Source of the DNA: Eledone cirrhosa
Lineage: Eukaryota
Assembly: GCA_964016885.1 (NCBI GenBank)
Contig: OZ024740.1
Coordinates: 408,332,001-408,396,000 of the forward strand
DNA: 64,000 bases
Direction of reading: 5' to 3'
In this document: positions 27,390 through 41,072 of the stretch, piece after piece
Layout: each line of letters opens with the position of its first letter
How positions within the stretch are numbered: position 1 is the first letter of the stretch
Translations under genes and position numbers: made by a program
The notes under the pieces: model-generated
What the model saw: the letters and a program-made list of their open reading frames with translations, nothing else
Told to the model about the DNA's origin: nothing
The model's database searches: none

Positions 27390-27531
27390 ACAGGGGGCGC
27401 AAGCTCTCCTACCCCGATGTCATCTCCAGAGATTCTGGTATTGAAATCCAAGACTTGGCAACGGCAATGAACGACTGACCCACGTGGAGATCAATTGTTG
27501 AGTCCATTTCGGGTGAGGCCACCGGATGATG
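27390..27531 (+). mobile_element. 3' tip of another LINE
   Basis: Reads RGRKLSYPDVISRDSGIEIQDLATAMND*PTWRSIVES and ends GATGATG. Resembles RTE C-termini (..AMxDRxxWRxxV). Confidence 0.6.
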
Positions 27532-29929
27532 TGCAAAATATGATAAAGTCAGTCTGTAATGTATTAATATAAACAAATTTTAATGGTTTTATTATGTTGG
27601 GGCTGTAAGGTGAGAATATAGAAGACAGGGTTTGTGAATATAAATGTTTGCCCGCAATTAAAAGACCAAGGAGGATAACTTTTCTGCAAAATTCTTTTAA
27701 TCATACTTAATTATCCATGTATACATGCATTCACACAGGTATGTAATCATTCACATACCTGGCGCTATGAATGCACACACATTGCACAGATTTACATGCT
27801 TGTACAAATGTACATAAATTTGCTTTTCATGCACAAACACACATATATATACACTCATGTGGTAACCATACACACACACACACTACACATAAAGGCAACT
27901 AAAGAACAGACTCTATTGCACATGTGTATGTTCACATTATTCATGAATATGCATATATATATGCACATATAATCACCCACATGCACCTATATTCATTTAA
28001 TCTATATCCATGCATATTCAAAATCATGTGTGATCCTGTTTGTCTACTGATATACCTTCACAGTTTTCATGTTTAAGCTTTCAACATATTCACATACACA
28101 TATTTGCATAGATGCATGTGTAACAATTAATGAATACCTGTTCAAAAGTTGCCGATTGAAATGGAAATGTATCAGGTAATTGCAGGTAAAAGAAATGCAT
28201 AATTAATGTATGAGTTACATTGTAAAATGTTTTATTGTAAAATATGCAAGTGTCTTTTGTGGTTATGAAAATGGAAAAGGATGAAAAAGGCAAGGGCTGT
28301 AGGGTCACATAAGAGGGGAAGGGGAGGGTGATGGGCTCTAGGCCTAGGGCACGGTGGTGTTGGGGCTCTGTTCCGCGGACAAGACCACAAAAGCATTCCT
28401 GCGGTTAATGGCCAGTGACACCTGCTGCAACAGCCACCCCTTAGAACATAAGCCAAAATGACTTGTGGTATTTGTTTCCATACTGCACTCTGAGTTCAAA
28501 TCCCATTGCAGTTAGCTTTACCTTTCATACTTTTGAAGTTTTATCAAATAAAGTGCTAGTCCAATGTGGTAAATTAAGAGAATTGTTAGAGCTACAGATG
28601 AAATATCTTGCTTTATTTGTGTTGAGTTCAAATTTCACAATGGCCTACTTCTGATAACAACATAACCTGGCCTGGTAAATTTATAAAAAAGCACCCACTG
28701 GAGTTTGGTTAGAAATTTCTTTTTTTCTAGATTTTTTCTTTTTGCATATTTTCAACTAATCTTACTTCTAACTCATTGACTTTTTCTGGAAGGTGGGGAT
28801 CCTAGGAGTTTTCTTTGGTGGGAAGGAATTTTTTTCTTTTTACCTTGGTTTTTCCATGAGTTTTCAATGAATCTGACCTAAACAATTTCCTCACTGAACC
28901 CTAGAAGGTCCTTTACTGGTACTTATCTGTATCTCTGAAGGTCACCCCACTTCTGTTTTTGGAAAGAAAGGTTGATTGTGAGTGAGTGAAGGTCAGATTC
29001 GTTGAAAACACATGGGAAACCTAAGAAAAATTCCCACCAAAGAAAACTCTGAGGGTCCCCGCTTCCATTTCTGGAAAAAAAAGTTGATTGAAAGTGTATT
29101 GGAGGTCAGATTAGTTGACAACCTAGAAAAAGAAAATTTGTCACCAAATCCTAGCAGATGCTTTTTTTTAATAAATTTACCCATGGCCTTTGGGTGTCTT
29201 TAACAGAGTACAATCTGTTGCATGCATTCAGACCAGGTCTCTAGTTTGACAACATCTTTCTTCTTTCTTCCCACAAGGCACAGAGGGTTGAAAAACGTCA
29301 TGAACATTGTTCTTCTCCAACTAAACATTAATTATAATAATAATAATTTGAGTTGAGTGAGTGAGGAATATGATAAATGGCAGTAACTGGTGAATGATGA
29401 AAGGCAAAAGATGATACAGTTGTTAAAAGTGGCAGAATAAAGAATTAAATAAAGTGAAATAAAACAAAATAAAATGAAGTAAAATACATTAGTGTTAAAA
29501 AAAGCTTGGTTCTGACTTTTTAAAAAATCATTAAAAGCAAAGTAAAGAGATGTTCTGTGGTGAAAGGGGTGAAAGCTCTTCAGAAAGGTGTTTATAGAAG
29601 CCAATGAAAACGGCTACAATTTTTTAGTATTTTATCCAACCAAAAATAAAAAGTATATATATATATATTGTGTGTGCGCGTGTGCATGTACGTATCTGTG
29701 AGCCCATGCCAACATGGGAAAGCATATGTGTAAAATGATATATATGTACATTCATATAGCAGAGTCTCACTTTGAAAATATGGCAAATGGAAAAAAACTC
29801 AAATCAACTGAGACTATCGTTACAATTTCAAGACCAAAACTTTCTTTGGGGAAATATATGCTGAAGTTTTTTCCACTCTCCATATTTAAAATGTAAGACT
29901 TTACTTGTATGTATATAGTTCATAAGTGA

Positions 29930-30070
29930 AGGCACATAGTTTAGTGGTTAGAGAGTTAGATTCACAATCGTGAGATTGTGAGTTCAATTCTCGGACTGGG
30001 TGATGCATTGTGTCCTTGAGCAAGACACTTTATTCCACATTGCTCCTACTGTGTGGAGTTGCGACCGGTA
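29930..30070 (+). mobile_element. tRNA-SINE head (subfamily shared with 36228-36365)
   Basis: A/B boxes, CCTTGAGCAAGACACTT, then TGGAGTTGCGACCG in both copies. Confidence 0.7.
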
Positions 30071-30797
30071 CAAGTGAATGAAGTTTGGGATCTTTGTCTT
30101 TCGATCAGAGCGAGCGATATAGTTCATGTAGTTGGGAATTTTGTTGACACACATATTCAGTGCACTTGACCATTTTAGTCAAGCCAACTTGTTAAGTAAA
30201 TATGCTTTGCTGAAGAGATCTAATAAGATCTAAACTTGTTCCTTGCTTTTATCAAGTTAGCTTAATTGTAAGTTACACTCCCACTGCATTGTCTAAAAAT
30301 ACTTCGCAAAATTTGTATAAGTTCAGACTACAGAAGTTCTCTTCCTTGTTTGCTGCTCCCAATCTGACCCCCCCCCCCCACACACACACACACCCTCACA
30401 AGGGAGTTTTGTTGTTTTGAAATTGCAAGGTTAGTTTCAGTTGATTGAGGTTTTTCCACTAGTCTTATTTAGAATGTGAAATTCCACATGTATATATACA
30501 CTTTGTAGATTGCTCCCCTCAGTCATTTTCACCTCTACACTTTATATATGTACATACCTATGTATATATACATGTGTATGTGAATATGTGTACCATATGC
30601 CAGCATAGAAAAACAAATATTAAATGAGGATAAGGATGATGGATTCTACACAGTTTCTGTCTACCAAATTCTACTCAGGAGGTATTGGTCAATCTAAGAC
30701 TATGGTAAAAGTCATTGGCTCAAGATGATGCTCAATTGGATCAAATTCAAAACCATATGAATTTCTTAAACACACGCCCATTTTAGGAGGAGATTCT

Positions 30798-31061
30798 TGA
30801 ACCTTTTTGATACCAAACCACTTGAAATCACCCCTGGTTCTAATATGCAAAGCTATATAATTTAGAATGTTTATATTTATCTAAAAAAACCTTCCATCAT
30901 AATGTTATCCAAGACCCTTTTTAAATAATGTTCCAAACACCAGCTTAATAATGAGAGACTTAGTTATTTTACTAAGTCCCTTCAAATGCTTAATATTTTC
31001 AAAATTAATTGAAAATCAACTGCAGTGTCTTTCATTAAAAATATGGTAGTGAAAGGGTTAA
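30798..31061. mobile_element. TTAA-flanked (piggyBac-like) MITE
   Basis: Ends (T)TGAACCTTTTTGATACC ... GGTAGTGAAAGGGTTAA. An oppositely oriented relative lies at 31792-32034. Confidence 0.6.
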
Positions 31062-31791
31062 CAGATAATTTCAATCTTGTAACAGTACTAAGTAAGTATG
31101 TACTGAGAGACAGAAAAAAGTTGTATGTCTGAGAAAGAAGGGGAAAGAAAGAGAAAGCAAACAAATATGAAAGAGAGTGAGGAGGGATAGAGAGAGAATA
31201 AATGAACAGATTAGTAAATGAAAAATATATAAATAATTAGATAAAAATAAAGTAAATGGAGAAGTAAAGGGACTGAAAACCAAATAATCTGAGAGTGAGG
31301 CTAAAGTTGAGCAGACTAAAGAGTGGAGGGTATAGGCTATCAATATGTAATTTTAGTCAGTTTTATCAAGTAAGAATCTAAAGTAACTGACCATTTGTCT
31401 TGAAAAGGTTAAAGTGAAATGTGACCAAGATGGAAATGTTAAGAGGATAGATGTTGGTTGGGTGGTGGAAGATTAATTGTAGTAGCAAATATACTGAAAT
31501 AAAGACATGAAAAAATAAAGTCCAATACAGTTCCAGAAAAATAAAACAGACATTTTAAGTCATTCGATATGAGAATCGTTGATTATATGGTAAATACATC
31601 TAACTCATACCAGCATGGAGAAATAAATGTTACAAAATTGATAATAATGATATCTGACAGACACAATGTGAAGGCATGTAGCCTAGGGGATAGTGTTGGG
31701 CTCACTTCATTTCACATTGCTCTAGTTCACCAGCAGCAGTTGGAGTTTAGCCTTTTGATTAATTTGTGTCCTATTAAATACTTTGAGTTGG

Positions 31792-32034
31792 TTAATCTTT
31801 TCATTACCACATTTCTAATGAAATACATTGCCTGTGTTTCAATTAATTTTGAAAATAACCAAACATTTGAAGGAATTTAATAAAATGACTAACTTTTTCA
31901 TTAGTAAACTAATATTTAAGAAAAATTTCTAAAATGAAATTATGATGGAAAGTTTTAATATAAGAATAAACATTTTAAAGTGAGCAGTTTTGTATGAAAA
32001 ATCTATTGTGGCTGTTTGGTATCAAAAGGGTTAA
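31792..32034. mobile_element. TTAA-flanked MITE, same family, opposite orientation
   Basis: TTAATCTTTTCATTACC ... GGTATCAAAAGGGTTAA. Confidence 0.6.
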
Positions 32035-32909
32035 TATTCATGAAACTAGGATAAGCTTTGGACTTTATTAAACACAGGCAAACATGGAAAAAAAGGATAT
32101 AAAATGATAATTCTACCCCTAACATAGACATAAGGCTAGAAATGTTTGTAGAGAAGAATGAAAAGCAAATTTGATGTTAGCAGAGTATAAACTCAGAACA
32201 TACAGTAACTAATTTCCACAAGGTTGCAGGGAAAATGGATGTTAACTTTTTTGTTACTGTATTTCTAATGAAAAGCACTGTATTTGAATTAATTAATGAA
32301 GAACTTTACTAACATTATTAAGATGGTAACTTATAAAACAATAAACTTATATGGTTCTTATATAAAATTATGCTGGAAGGTTTTACTTAATAGAGGAACA
32401 CTTTAAAATACTTTGAGCAGGTTAGTATCAAAACGATTAAATGATGTTGCTCTTTCAAAAAACATTGATTATAATGAACATGATGATGTTGATTGCAAAG
32501 GAACATGGTAGGGGTGTCATCTATTCTTTCACAGTATTTTAGGGAATAGGGTTCTTTCATCTTTATTTCTTTTTTTTTCTTTCTTTTTTGTAAATCCAGT
32601 GGGAGAACTTCAATTTGAGTTCTTTGTATCTTTTTTGTGTTTTTTTCCTCCAATTTTAAATTTCAAATTAATAGAACAAATATGTCTATATAAAATTAAA
32701 TGAGGGAATATGAAATAAAAGGATTAAAAGAACTAAATATTTTTCTATTGAATAATGTTCCATAAATTCAAACAAGAATTAAAATGTCAGTTTTGATTGG
32801 ATTATTTTTAATTCAATTTTCACCTTACTGCTAGTACTCAGCATTGTGATTATGAAGGCATCTCAATTTTATTAACATTAAATTTCAAGCTGAATATATA
32901 TTTATATAT

Positions 32910-35170
32910 ACACAATGTAAATAATTAACAAAGAGTATTTAATCCAATCAAGAAGGATAGATTAGAGATTAGTTTGTGAGAATTATATGCCAGTAGTGAA
33001 AGGACAGTGTCCTCAATGCATAAAAGATGGAAGACAAGTGTTTCCTCCATAAGTGATATGTATTTTTGAAATTTGTTTTTTACGTTCTGAAGATGAGGTC
33101 CGACCATAGTTCGATTTTAATATCACTTAGGCCTATTGATTCAAATATTGATAGGTCTCAATCTTATGGATTGAATTGTAATTTGTCCTCTGAAACAATT
33201 TAATAACTAACGACCGTTTCATCCTAGCACAAGGCAAGAATCTTCAGAGTTATTACAAAAGTTAAATACAAATATAGAATCTAACCTTTGCTTCAGGAAC
33301 ATTTACATTTGGAGGATACATATTATGAGAGGTTAGATAAGAGCAAGCATTAATATTTATACAAGGTAACCAAGCAACTGAGGCGGAATACATGTGAAAA
33401 ATAGGAGTAGATAACAGATCAGGTGCAGATAAAATGTGATTAAATAAAGTAAAATACTTATGGTTACAGATAAATGAAGTACAATAAAAGTCCATATACA
33501 CAGTTGATGCTGTGCTGAAAAGGATGGTAATAGGAGACAGAGGAAAACTTGCATTTCAAAATAAAACTTAAGGATTTAAGCATTTTATAAGATTAGATGC
33601 TAGTGTAGTATAACATAGGATTACAGACAGGTGAAAGATCTTGGTCTTTATAATGGTACAAGTTAAGACTATAGGTTTGACCACACAATTCAGCCATAAT
33701 AATGATTTTATAAACGTCCAAAAAAGTTATGTTGTGGAGAATAAATAAAACAATCAAGCCTTTAAAGTGAAAAATCAATATAAATGAAAGTACTATAAGT
33801 GAGGTGTTTAAGACATATCACCTAAGGCATTATACAGTTCGATTGAGGAGAAAAAGTCATATACTATCAAGAGTATAAAGCATATAACATAACAGAAATT
33901 AAAGATATTTTGAAGTCAATCCTTAAAAACCCGGTTAAATCAAAATAAAGGGGAGGTAATTCATGTACGAAATACTAGACATTAGACAGTTAATAAGGAA
34001 AATGAATATATTAAAAAAAAAATTTAATACATAAAGATATATAAGGATCGAATTAGACTAGGGGTAATGATTGCAAAACTATAAAACTTGAAAAATATAA
34101 GAAATTTACAAATTGCAGAGGAAGAAACTATCTATGTATACTTAAATGTTATGCATTATTAAAGGATAAAGAAATTTATAAGTTAATTTTACTGGTATTG
34201 AATAGTTAATATTAATATATATAGTGGGTGAGGCAATGGTTGTTATAAAATTATTAGCCAAAAGTAAGGATAAGAGAGGGTTGTGAAATATGGTGTGGAA
34301 ACAATGTATTATTAAAGTGCCTAAATGTGATGTGGTGGTTATAATAAAATGTAGTTATAAAAAAATATTAGTCAAAGTAGGAATCTGTGAAGGAATGTGT
34401 GAAAACTGATTGACTCTATATAGTAGTTAGATATATTATAAACTTTTATGTTTTAAAGGTGCATTTAAGTAATTATTATACAGTGATTCTAGTTCTAAAA
34501 TAGGGAAAAGAATGGAGATTTTGTGAGGGCGAGTGGAAAAGATTTAGGTTAGAGTAAATAATGATATGAGACTCGAGAACGCAAAGGTTACAAATTTTAT
34601 TGGGAGGTTTATAGGATGAAGTTTTGGCAATCGCCTTCCAGGTTAGGGTGTAAGGTGTATTATTATTCTTCAAATGTGGTATAAAAATAGCCAATGAGGT
34701 TGCAAGTTTAACTTAGAGTTTTTGAATGTCTGGAGATGAGAATTATATCGTCTTAAAGCTGTTCGAAGTAGAGCCAATATAGGTTTTGGAGCTAATAGAA
34801 GTCGTGACAATACAGGAATAAACAATATTCTTAATAAGGCAATTCCCATTAAGAGGGCATACATTAATAAGTCTACAATTACAGTTATTGATTAAGGAGT
34901 TTTGTGGGTAAAGATGTGAAGAGTTATTAGAGTGTATTATTAGGTACAATATTGTTAAGCCTATCTAATGGTTGTAAATTGTTATTTAAGTTATAAGAAG
35001 TAAAATATTTATTAATTTTCCTATTATTACTACGTGGTATGTGATTAGCAATGTTAGGTGTGATTAAGCAGGACATTTTTTTCAATAATTGAGAAGAATA
35101 CTCTAGGTATATTTGTAGATACATTTAAGTTGAAAGGGGGATTAAAATATAAATTAAGCCTTCTATTATT
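32910..35170 (-). mobile_element. Degraded Penelope-like element (family C) with long 3'UTR
   Basis: FNPPFNLN at ~35120-35150, NCNCRLINVCPLNGNCLIKNIVY..YIGSTSNSFK at 34750-34890, and ICNLCVLE at ~34580. Hammerhead near the left end. Left boundary approximate. Confidence 0.8.
33201..33255 (-). ncRNA. Type I hammerhead ribozyme (family C)
   Basis: TAATAACT-CTGAAGA-TTCTTGCCTTGTGCTAGGAT-GAAA-CGGTCG-T-T-AGTTATTA, with a perfect 8-bp stem I. Confidence 0.82.
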
Positions 35171-35439
35171 TTTATTTTTGTTACTAATAGATGTATTTCT
35201 AAAGTGAGATTTAAACTATTTTGATTATTACCTTCAGTTTTATGTTTAGCTTTATAGATGTTAGGTTTAGTATTATTACTATGCATTATATTCACAGTAT
35301 TTTTCTTATTATTATTAGGTTATTTTTTTTTTATTATACAGAATATGGCCATTAGTGCTAGGAGCAAGTGTAGAAGGGTGCATGCCATTATTTAATTTAC
35401 TGTTTCCATTAATTATATTATTATTATCTTTACTAGTTT

Positions 35440-36118
35440 GTAGTAATCAATACAAAGAGTTTTATATGTATATAATCCGGTAGAATATTTATGTATTATT
35501 AGATTAAAAGTTTAAGCAAACAATTTCTGCTTTCACCCTAAAGCATTATCTTCTGAACCTGTACACAAATGCAAATATTTTGAAAAAATTACGACCAAAT
35601 ATTGTTTTTAAAAAATAGTAAGACAACAGTAATGCACTGGGGTCAATTTAATTGATCTTCTCCTCCCCCCAAAATGTTGGCCTTGTGTCTAAATCAGAAG
35701 CCATTATTACTATTATTAATATTGCTGGCGTTTTTACGCATATTATTAATTCCTTCATTATCTTTATGTTTAATCACATTACTTCTATTAATATCATTTT
35801 CCATATATGGCAGCTGGAAATTATTCTATTCTAAAATGAATAGTCTCCTGATTTCTTCATAGCAGGAGTTTCTTCTTCCCACTTCACTTAATGACGTAAT
35901 TGGATATTTTATTCTCCTTGCATACATTTCTCTGTATCTCAAGAGAACATCTTCATGTGTTATCATAATGTCTCTTTATTTGTTAAAGGTAATATGTAGT
36001 CATAATTTTTTTTTAAATACTTACATCTGCGTCCACAGATTGATATTTCTCAGTTTCAGACGATCGTGCTTTAGGGTGAAAGCAGAAATTATTTGCTTAA
36101 ACTTTTAATCTATACTAA
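35440..36118 (-). mobile_element. PLE family A-related remnant with inverted arms
   Basis: 35501-35560 and 36052-36111 are reverse complements and homologous to the family A hammerhead region. Confidence 0.7.
36037..36111 (+). ncRNA. Variant hammerhead (U4A), diverged subfamily
   Basis: AGATTGA-tatttctc-AGTTT-CAGACGA-TCGTGCTTTAGGGT-GAAA-GCAGAAATTATTTGC-TT-AAACT-TTTAATCT. Confidence 0.62.
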
Positions 36119-36227
36119 TAATTAATTAATTAATTTATGTATATGTGTGTGTATGTTTGTGTGTGTGTGTATGTATGTTTGTATGTGGACAGGCATTGTA
36201 TTATATATATATATATATGAGAGAGAA

Positions 36228-36447
36228 GGCACGTGGCTGAGTGGTTAGAGAATTGGATTCACAATCGTGAGGTTGTGAGTTTGATTCCAGGGCTGGGTAA
36301 TGTGTTATGTCCTTGAGGAAGACACTTTATTTCATATTGCTCCTTCTACCTGGAGTTGCGACCGATAGATAGTATTATTAATTGGAAAGACCAATGGAAA
36401 CATTGTTTCCTCGGTCCAATTTGACAAAAAATTGATCAACTGTCGAT
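36228..36447 (+). mobile_element. tRNA-derived SINE ending in (TA)n
   Basis: A box TGGCTGAGTGG, degenerate B box and core. (TA)n nearby on both sides. Confidence 0.7.
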
Positions 36448-37654
36448 ATATATATATATATTAAAATTCCAGTAGTTTAGAATGGAATACTGTTCATTCT
36501 CAAAAGTTCCAGCCAACCTATGCCAGCATGGATCAAATGTGAAAGTAGATGTTTAATTTCTTTCAATTGTATTTATTGATTTCTTTAACATATTTCATTT
36601 TCCTGGTAAAACAAAAAATATAAGGCAAACACTGAAATGAAGAGTGCAAATGTTTCATTATATTCAATATTGTAATTAATATATAACACTTGAGTATTGG
36701 TAAAGTAGCAAAAATATTACTATAGGTTATATCTAATTACGCTGCTTTGTGTTCTGAGTTTAAATCACATTATGGTTGACTTTGAAAGTGTGTGATAAGT
36801 ATCAGTAATTTACTGAGGTTAATTCAATGTGTCCACTTTCTCACAGATAAATGTGTGTGGCAATGTGCCAGAGCTTGAAAGTAATATTTAGCTTACATTT
36901 TCAGTGTATGTTCACATTGACTGTTTTAAGTGGCAAATCAAGGAAATATGAAAATATTGTAATACTTTGTTATATTTGGTTTAGCACATTAGATTGTGCT
37001 GACATGTATGTCTGTATAGCAGTGATGTCATGTATTTCTGGATTACAGTGAACTTAATCTCACCAGAGAATCCTTACAATATGTAGTGGTTCAAATCTGA
37101 GGTTTGTTTAATTAATTTTCTGCCTCTACCCACCACCAACACCACCATCAATACTGCTACTGTTATCACAACTGCCATTGTCTTCATTATCTCCATCATA
37201 AACATATTCATCACTAAAATTATAAGTGTAGAGTAACAATAACTGATATGTTTTGACCAAGTCCACCTTGTAGGCCTCCATTGCAGTCACCACTAAAACT
37301 GACTTGATACTAGAAAAACATGTCAACACTGCCACACAACATCCCATCCATTTCTTGTGCCTTAGAGCAATATCTACATACATCAATAGGTTATGGTTGA
37401 AAAGTAGAAGCTAGGATGAAAATTGTTTCATTTTTGCCCATTAAGGGATGAGGGGTACTAACTAGAAGACGAACTGCCAACAGCTAAGCAACCACACTGT
37501 TTTATCTATTTTAGTCACACTTAAATGAAGGACAAGGGCCAAAAATGTGATATTTTTTTCAGTTCTCACAGTAATTGAATTTATCAAACACTTTTGAGAA
37601 CTCTCTCATGGTGGAAAATTACAGCATTTGCACAGGTTCCTACATCATCATCAT

Positions 37655-37800
37655 TATTACAGAGTTACAGTCCTTTGTGATCTGAGTTCAAATCCCGCCG
37701 AGGTTAGCTTTGCCTTTCATCCTTACGGGATCGATAAAATAAAGTACCAGTAATACACTGGGATAATTGCTGGCCTTGTGCCAAAAGTAGAAACAATTAT
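37655..37800 (+). mobile_element. SINE family B (5'-truncated)
   Basis: B box and core. Confidence 0.8.
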
Positions 37801-38417
37801 TACAACACTAATTATGGGATCTACAATGTTTAACAACAATATAACTAGAGAACTAATCCACTTACTCAACCTGTGTTTCATACATTGATAGATATAGAAA
37901 ATAGTTTGTAAATAGACACCATATCCTGCCATGTCATAAGAGCCAACTATGAAAGTTGGCATCAGGAAAGGCATCTGGCTATAGAGCACTGCCTCAAAAA
38001 GTTCTGTTCAGCCCATACCAACATGGGAAAGCAGATATTAAAACAATGTTGATGCTGATGATGTTCATCATTATCTATTGCTGTTTTGAAGAAGAAAATC
38101 ATAGCTATGGAATTCTAACTTGTGCAATATAAATAATTGATTTTACTTAACCTTTTCTTTACTATACTTCTAATGAAATCATTTTGAAAGTAATTAAGCA
38201 TTTGAAGGGTGTTTAAAACAAAACTTAATAAAGGATTTTACATAGAATATGATGGAAAGAATCAGCTATATGGAATGAGTAGGCTCTCAGAAAAGTTTAG
38301 TTTCAGAATGCACGGCCCTCTTTCAGCTTTGTATATTTTTTTCTTCTGTAAAATCAGTTCTATTGAAGTTAGAAATCAAATTTGTAATTACTTAAAAGGA
38401 TACCCAGCTTTAATGAA

Positions 38418-38585
38418 GGCACATGGCTTAGTGGTTAGAGCATTGGGCTTGCAATTGAAAGGTTGTGAGTTCAATTCTCGGACCGGGTGATGTGTTGTTT
38501 CCTTGAGCAAGACACTTTATTTCACGTTGTTCCAGTTTATTCAGCTGTAGAAATGAGATGATAGGACTGGGGTCCCTCTCATTAA
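38418..38585 (+). mobile_element. SINE family A, 5' half
   Basis: Matches 12137-12304. Confidence 0.82.
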
Positions 38586-39014
38586 ATCACCCAAGACACC
38601 TCCAACGAGATATACCTAGGAGGAGGCCAGCTAAACCTGCATAGGTGTGAGCTGTAATAACAACAACAACAACAACAACAAAACCCAGCTCCAAGATATC
38701 AGATACAACCGACCAGTAAAGGATATTGCTATTTTCTCATAACTTTCTAATTTATATTGGAAATGTCACTTTGTATAAGAATAATGAATGAATGAAAGGC
38801 TGGTTGTTGTATTCTTGGTTGTTTTGTAAACACGAGGGGGAGGGCGACACATATTATTTGACAGCCATGGAAGCTTTTGGTTAATATTAATAACTTACAA
38901 GAAATATGAAGGAAAGAAGATTTTTAGAAAATTGATCATTTGATGTATTTGTTTGAAGATGTTTACTTTTATACAGTTCTGTATGAATCATCAGAACCCA
39001 GTTTATTATTATCA

Positions 39015-39230
39015 AAGGTGGTGGATTGGCAGAATCGGTAGAGCGTCAGACAACATGCTTAGCGGCAGGCAGTTATGGCCCTTTATGTTCTGAGTTCAAA
39101 TACTGCTGAGGTTAGCTTTGCCTGTCATCCTTACAGAGTTAATAAAGTATCAGTAATCACTGAGGTTGATTTAATCAACTTTCCCCTCCCCTTCAAATTG
39201 CTTGCCTTGTGCCTAAAGTAGAAACAATTT
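39015..39230 (+). mobile_element. SINE family B variant
   Basis: Head and core present. TTATCAAA on both sides. Confidence 0.72.
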
Positions 39231-39521
39231 TTATCAAAACGAGGGAGTAAGCCAATTTTTTATTGCTAGTTAAAACTGATTCATTTCTTTTAAAAATATT
39301 TGTTTACAATTTTTTTAATGTTTATTAATAAAACATATTTATCTGATAGATTTTACTAATGCTGCTTGGCAGGCTGACTTACCAAAACCACCACTGGTTT
39401 ATACATGCATTGGTTCCTGAATCTGTTTATTCTTCCAGCATGACAATGACATCTGCTCCTTTGAACTACAACATACTTATCTGACATAACTGTCCTGTCA
39501 TCTTTTGTCACCTATATTGTA

Positions 39522-39867
<346 letters not shown>

Positions 39868-40031
39868 CACACACACATACACACATGCATGTGCACATAC
39901 CACATGTTTTTTTGTTTTGTTTTGTTTTATTTTGTTTTGCAAACATCAACTTTATGGTGTTCATATTTAACAGTAACCACATCAACTTCAGCAGTTTCAA
40001 AGGTCCAGTCCATTTCTTCTGATTAAAGTAT

Positions 40032-40476
40032 TTTAACCATGTTGTTACCATAATTCTAATGACATACATCCATTTCAATTAAATAATGAAGAATTTTGAA
40101 GAATTTACTAAAATTATTAATTATTTCGTAACTAAGATAATAAGTTAATATATGGTTCTTGTATAAATTATGTTCAGAGAATTTAATTTAACATTTTTAA
40201 AACCAGCATGGCCAAAATCTGTTCTGGTACCATGAAATAAATCTTCCTAATTTAAATTAAAATCTTCCAACATAATTTCATGTAAGAACCATGTTAGGTT
40301 ACTATCTTAGTAATGAAACGATTAATAATTTTAGTAAATCTTTCAAAATTCTTCATTAATTAATTGAAATGGGGAGTATTTCATCAGAAATATGATCACG
40401 AAAATGTTTAAAAGTGAATAGTTTCATTTCATAGAACCAGAGCCAGTTTTGGCTGGGTTGGTATCAAAATAGTTTA
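40032..40476. mobile_element. Fold-back arrangement of the TTAA-MITE family
   Basis: ~40035-40140 and ~40300-40410 are imperfect reverse complements, similar to the ends of 31792-32034. Confidence 0.55.
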
Positions 40477-40874
40477 AAACATGTCAATAATAGTTATGTA
40501 AACACCATCACAACTTTCCCATAGACTATACATTTGTAAACATTAAGGAACAAATCAATATCACAGAAAACAATTGTTTATCATATTTCTTTCATTTTTT
40601 TTTTTTTTTGGAAATCTCATAAGACAAAAAATATTAAATGACAAATTTAGCTTTAAACTTACCAAAATTTCCAAGAATTACCAACAATATATAAATCCAA
40701 ATGTTATAGAATAAAAGAAATGTTTATGTATTACAACTTCTGTAAATTGTGTTTAATTATTTATATTGTAAAACAGGAGTGCTTAACAGTAATCTAAGAC
40801 GTTAGTTAAACACATTTATATATATATATACAATTGTATATTATATATAAATATACACATGCACACATATATAC

Positions 40875-40915
<41 letters not shown>

Positions 40916-41072
40916 TGAAATCTTCACTAGTTGTCACAGCGATGCTATCAGATATTCACTGATACTTGTGCTGCTATTTTGGAATACTTAGTTGACTACT
41001 CTAAATAACAATCAAAGCCAGACAATAAGTTATTCTCTAGTTTTGTTGTACACATGTCTGTAACTTTGGAAG

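Noticed and set aside
33087-33115. CTGAAGA on the plus strand as another hammerhead
   Set aside because: No GAAA or stems in register.
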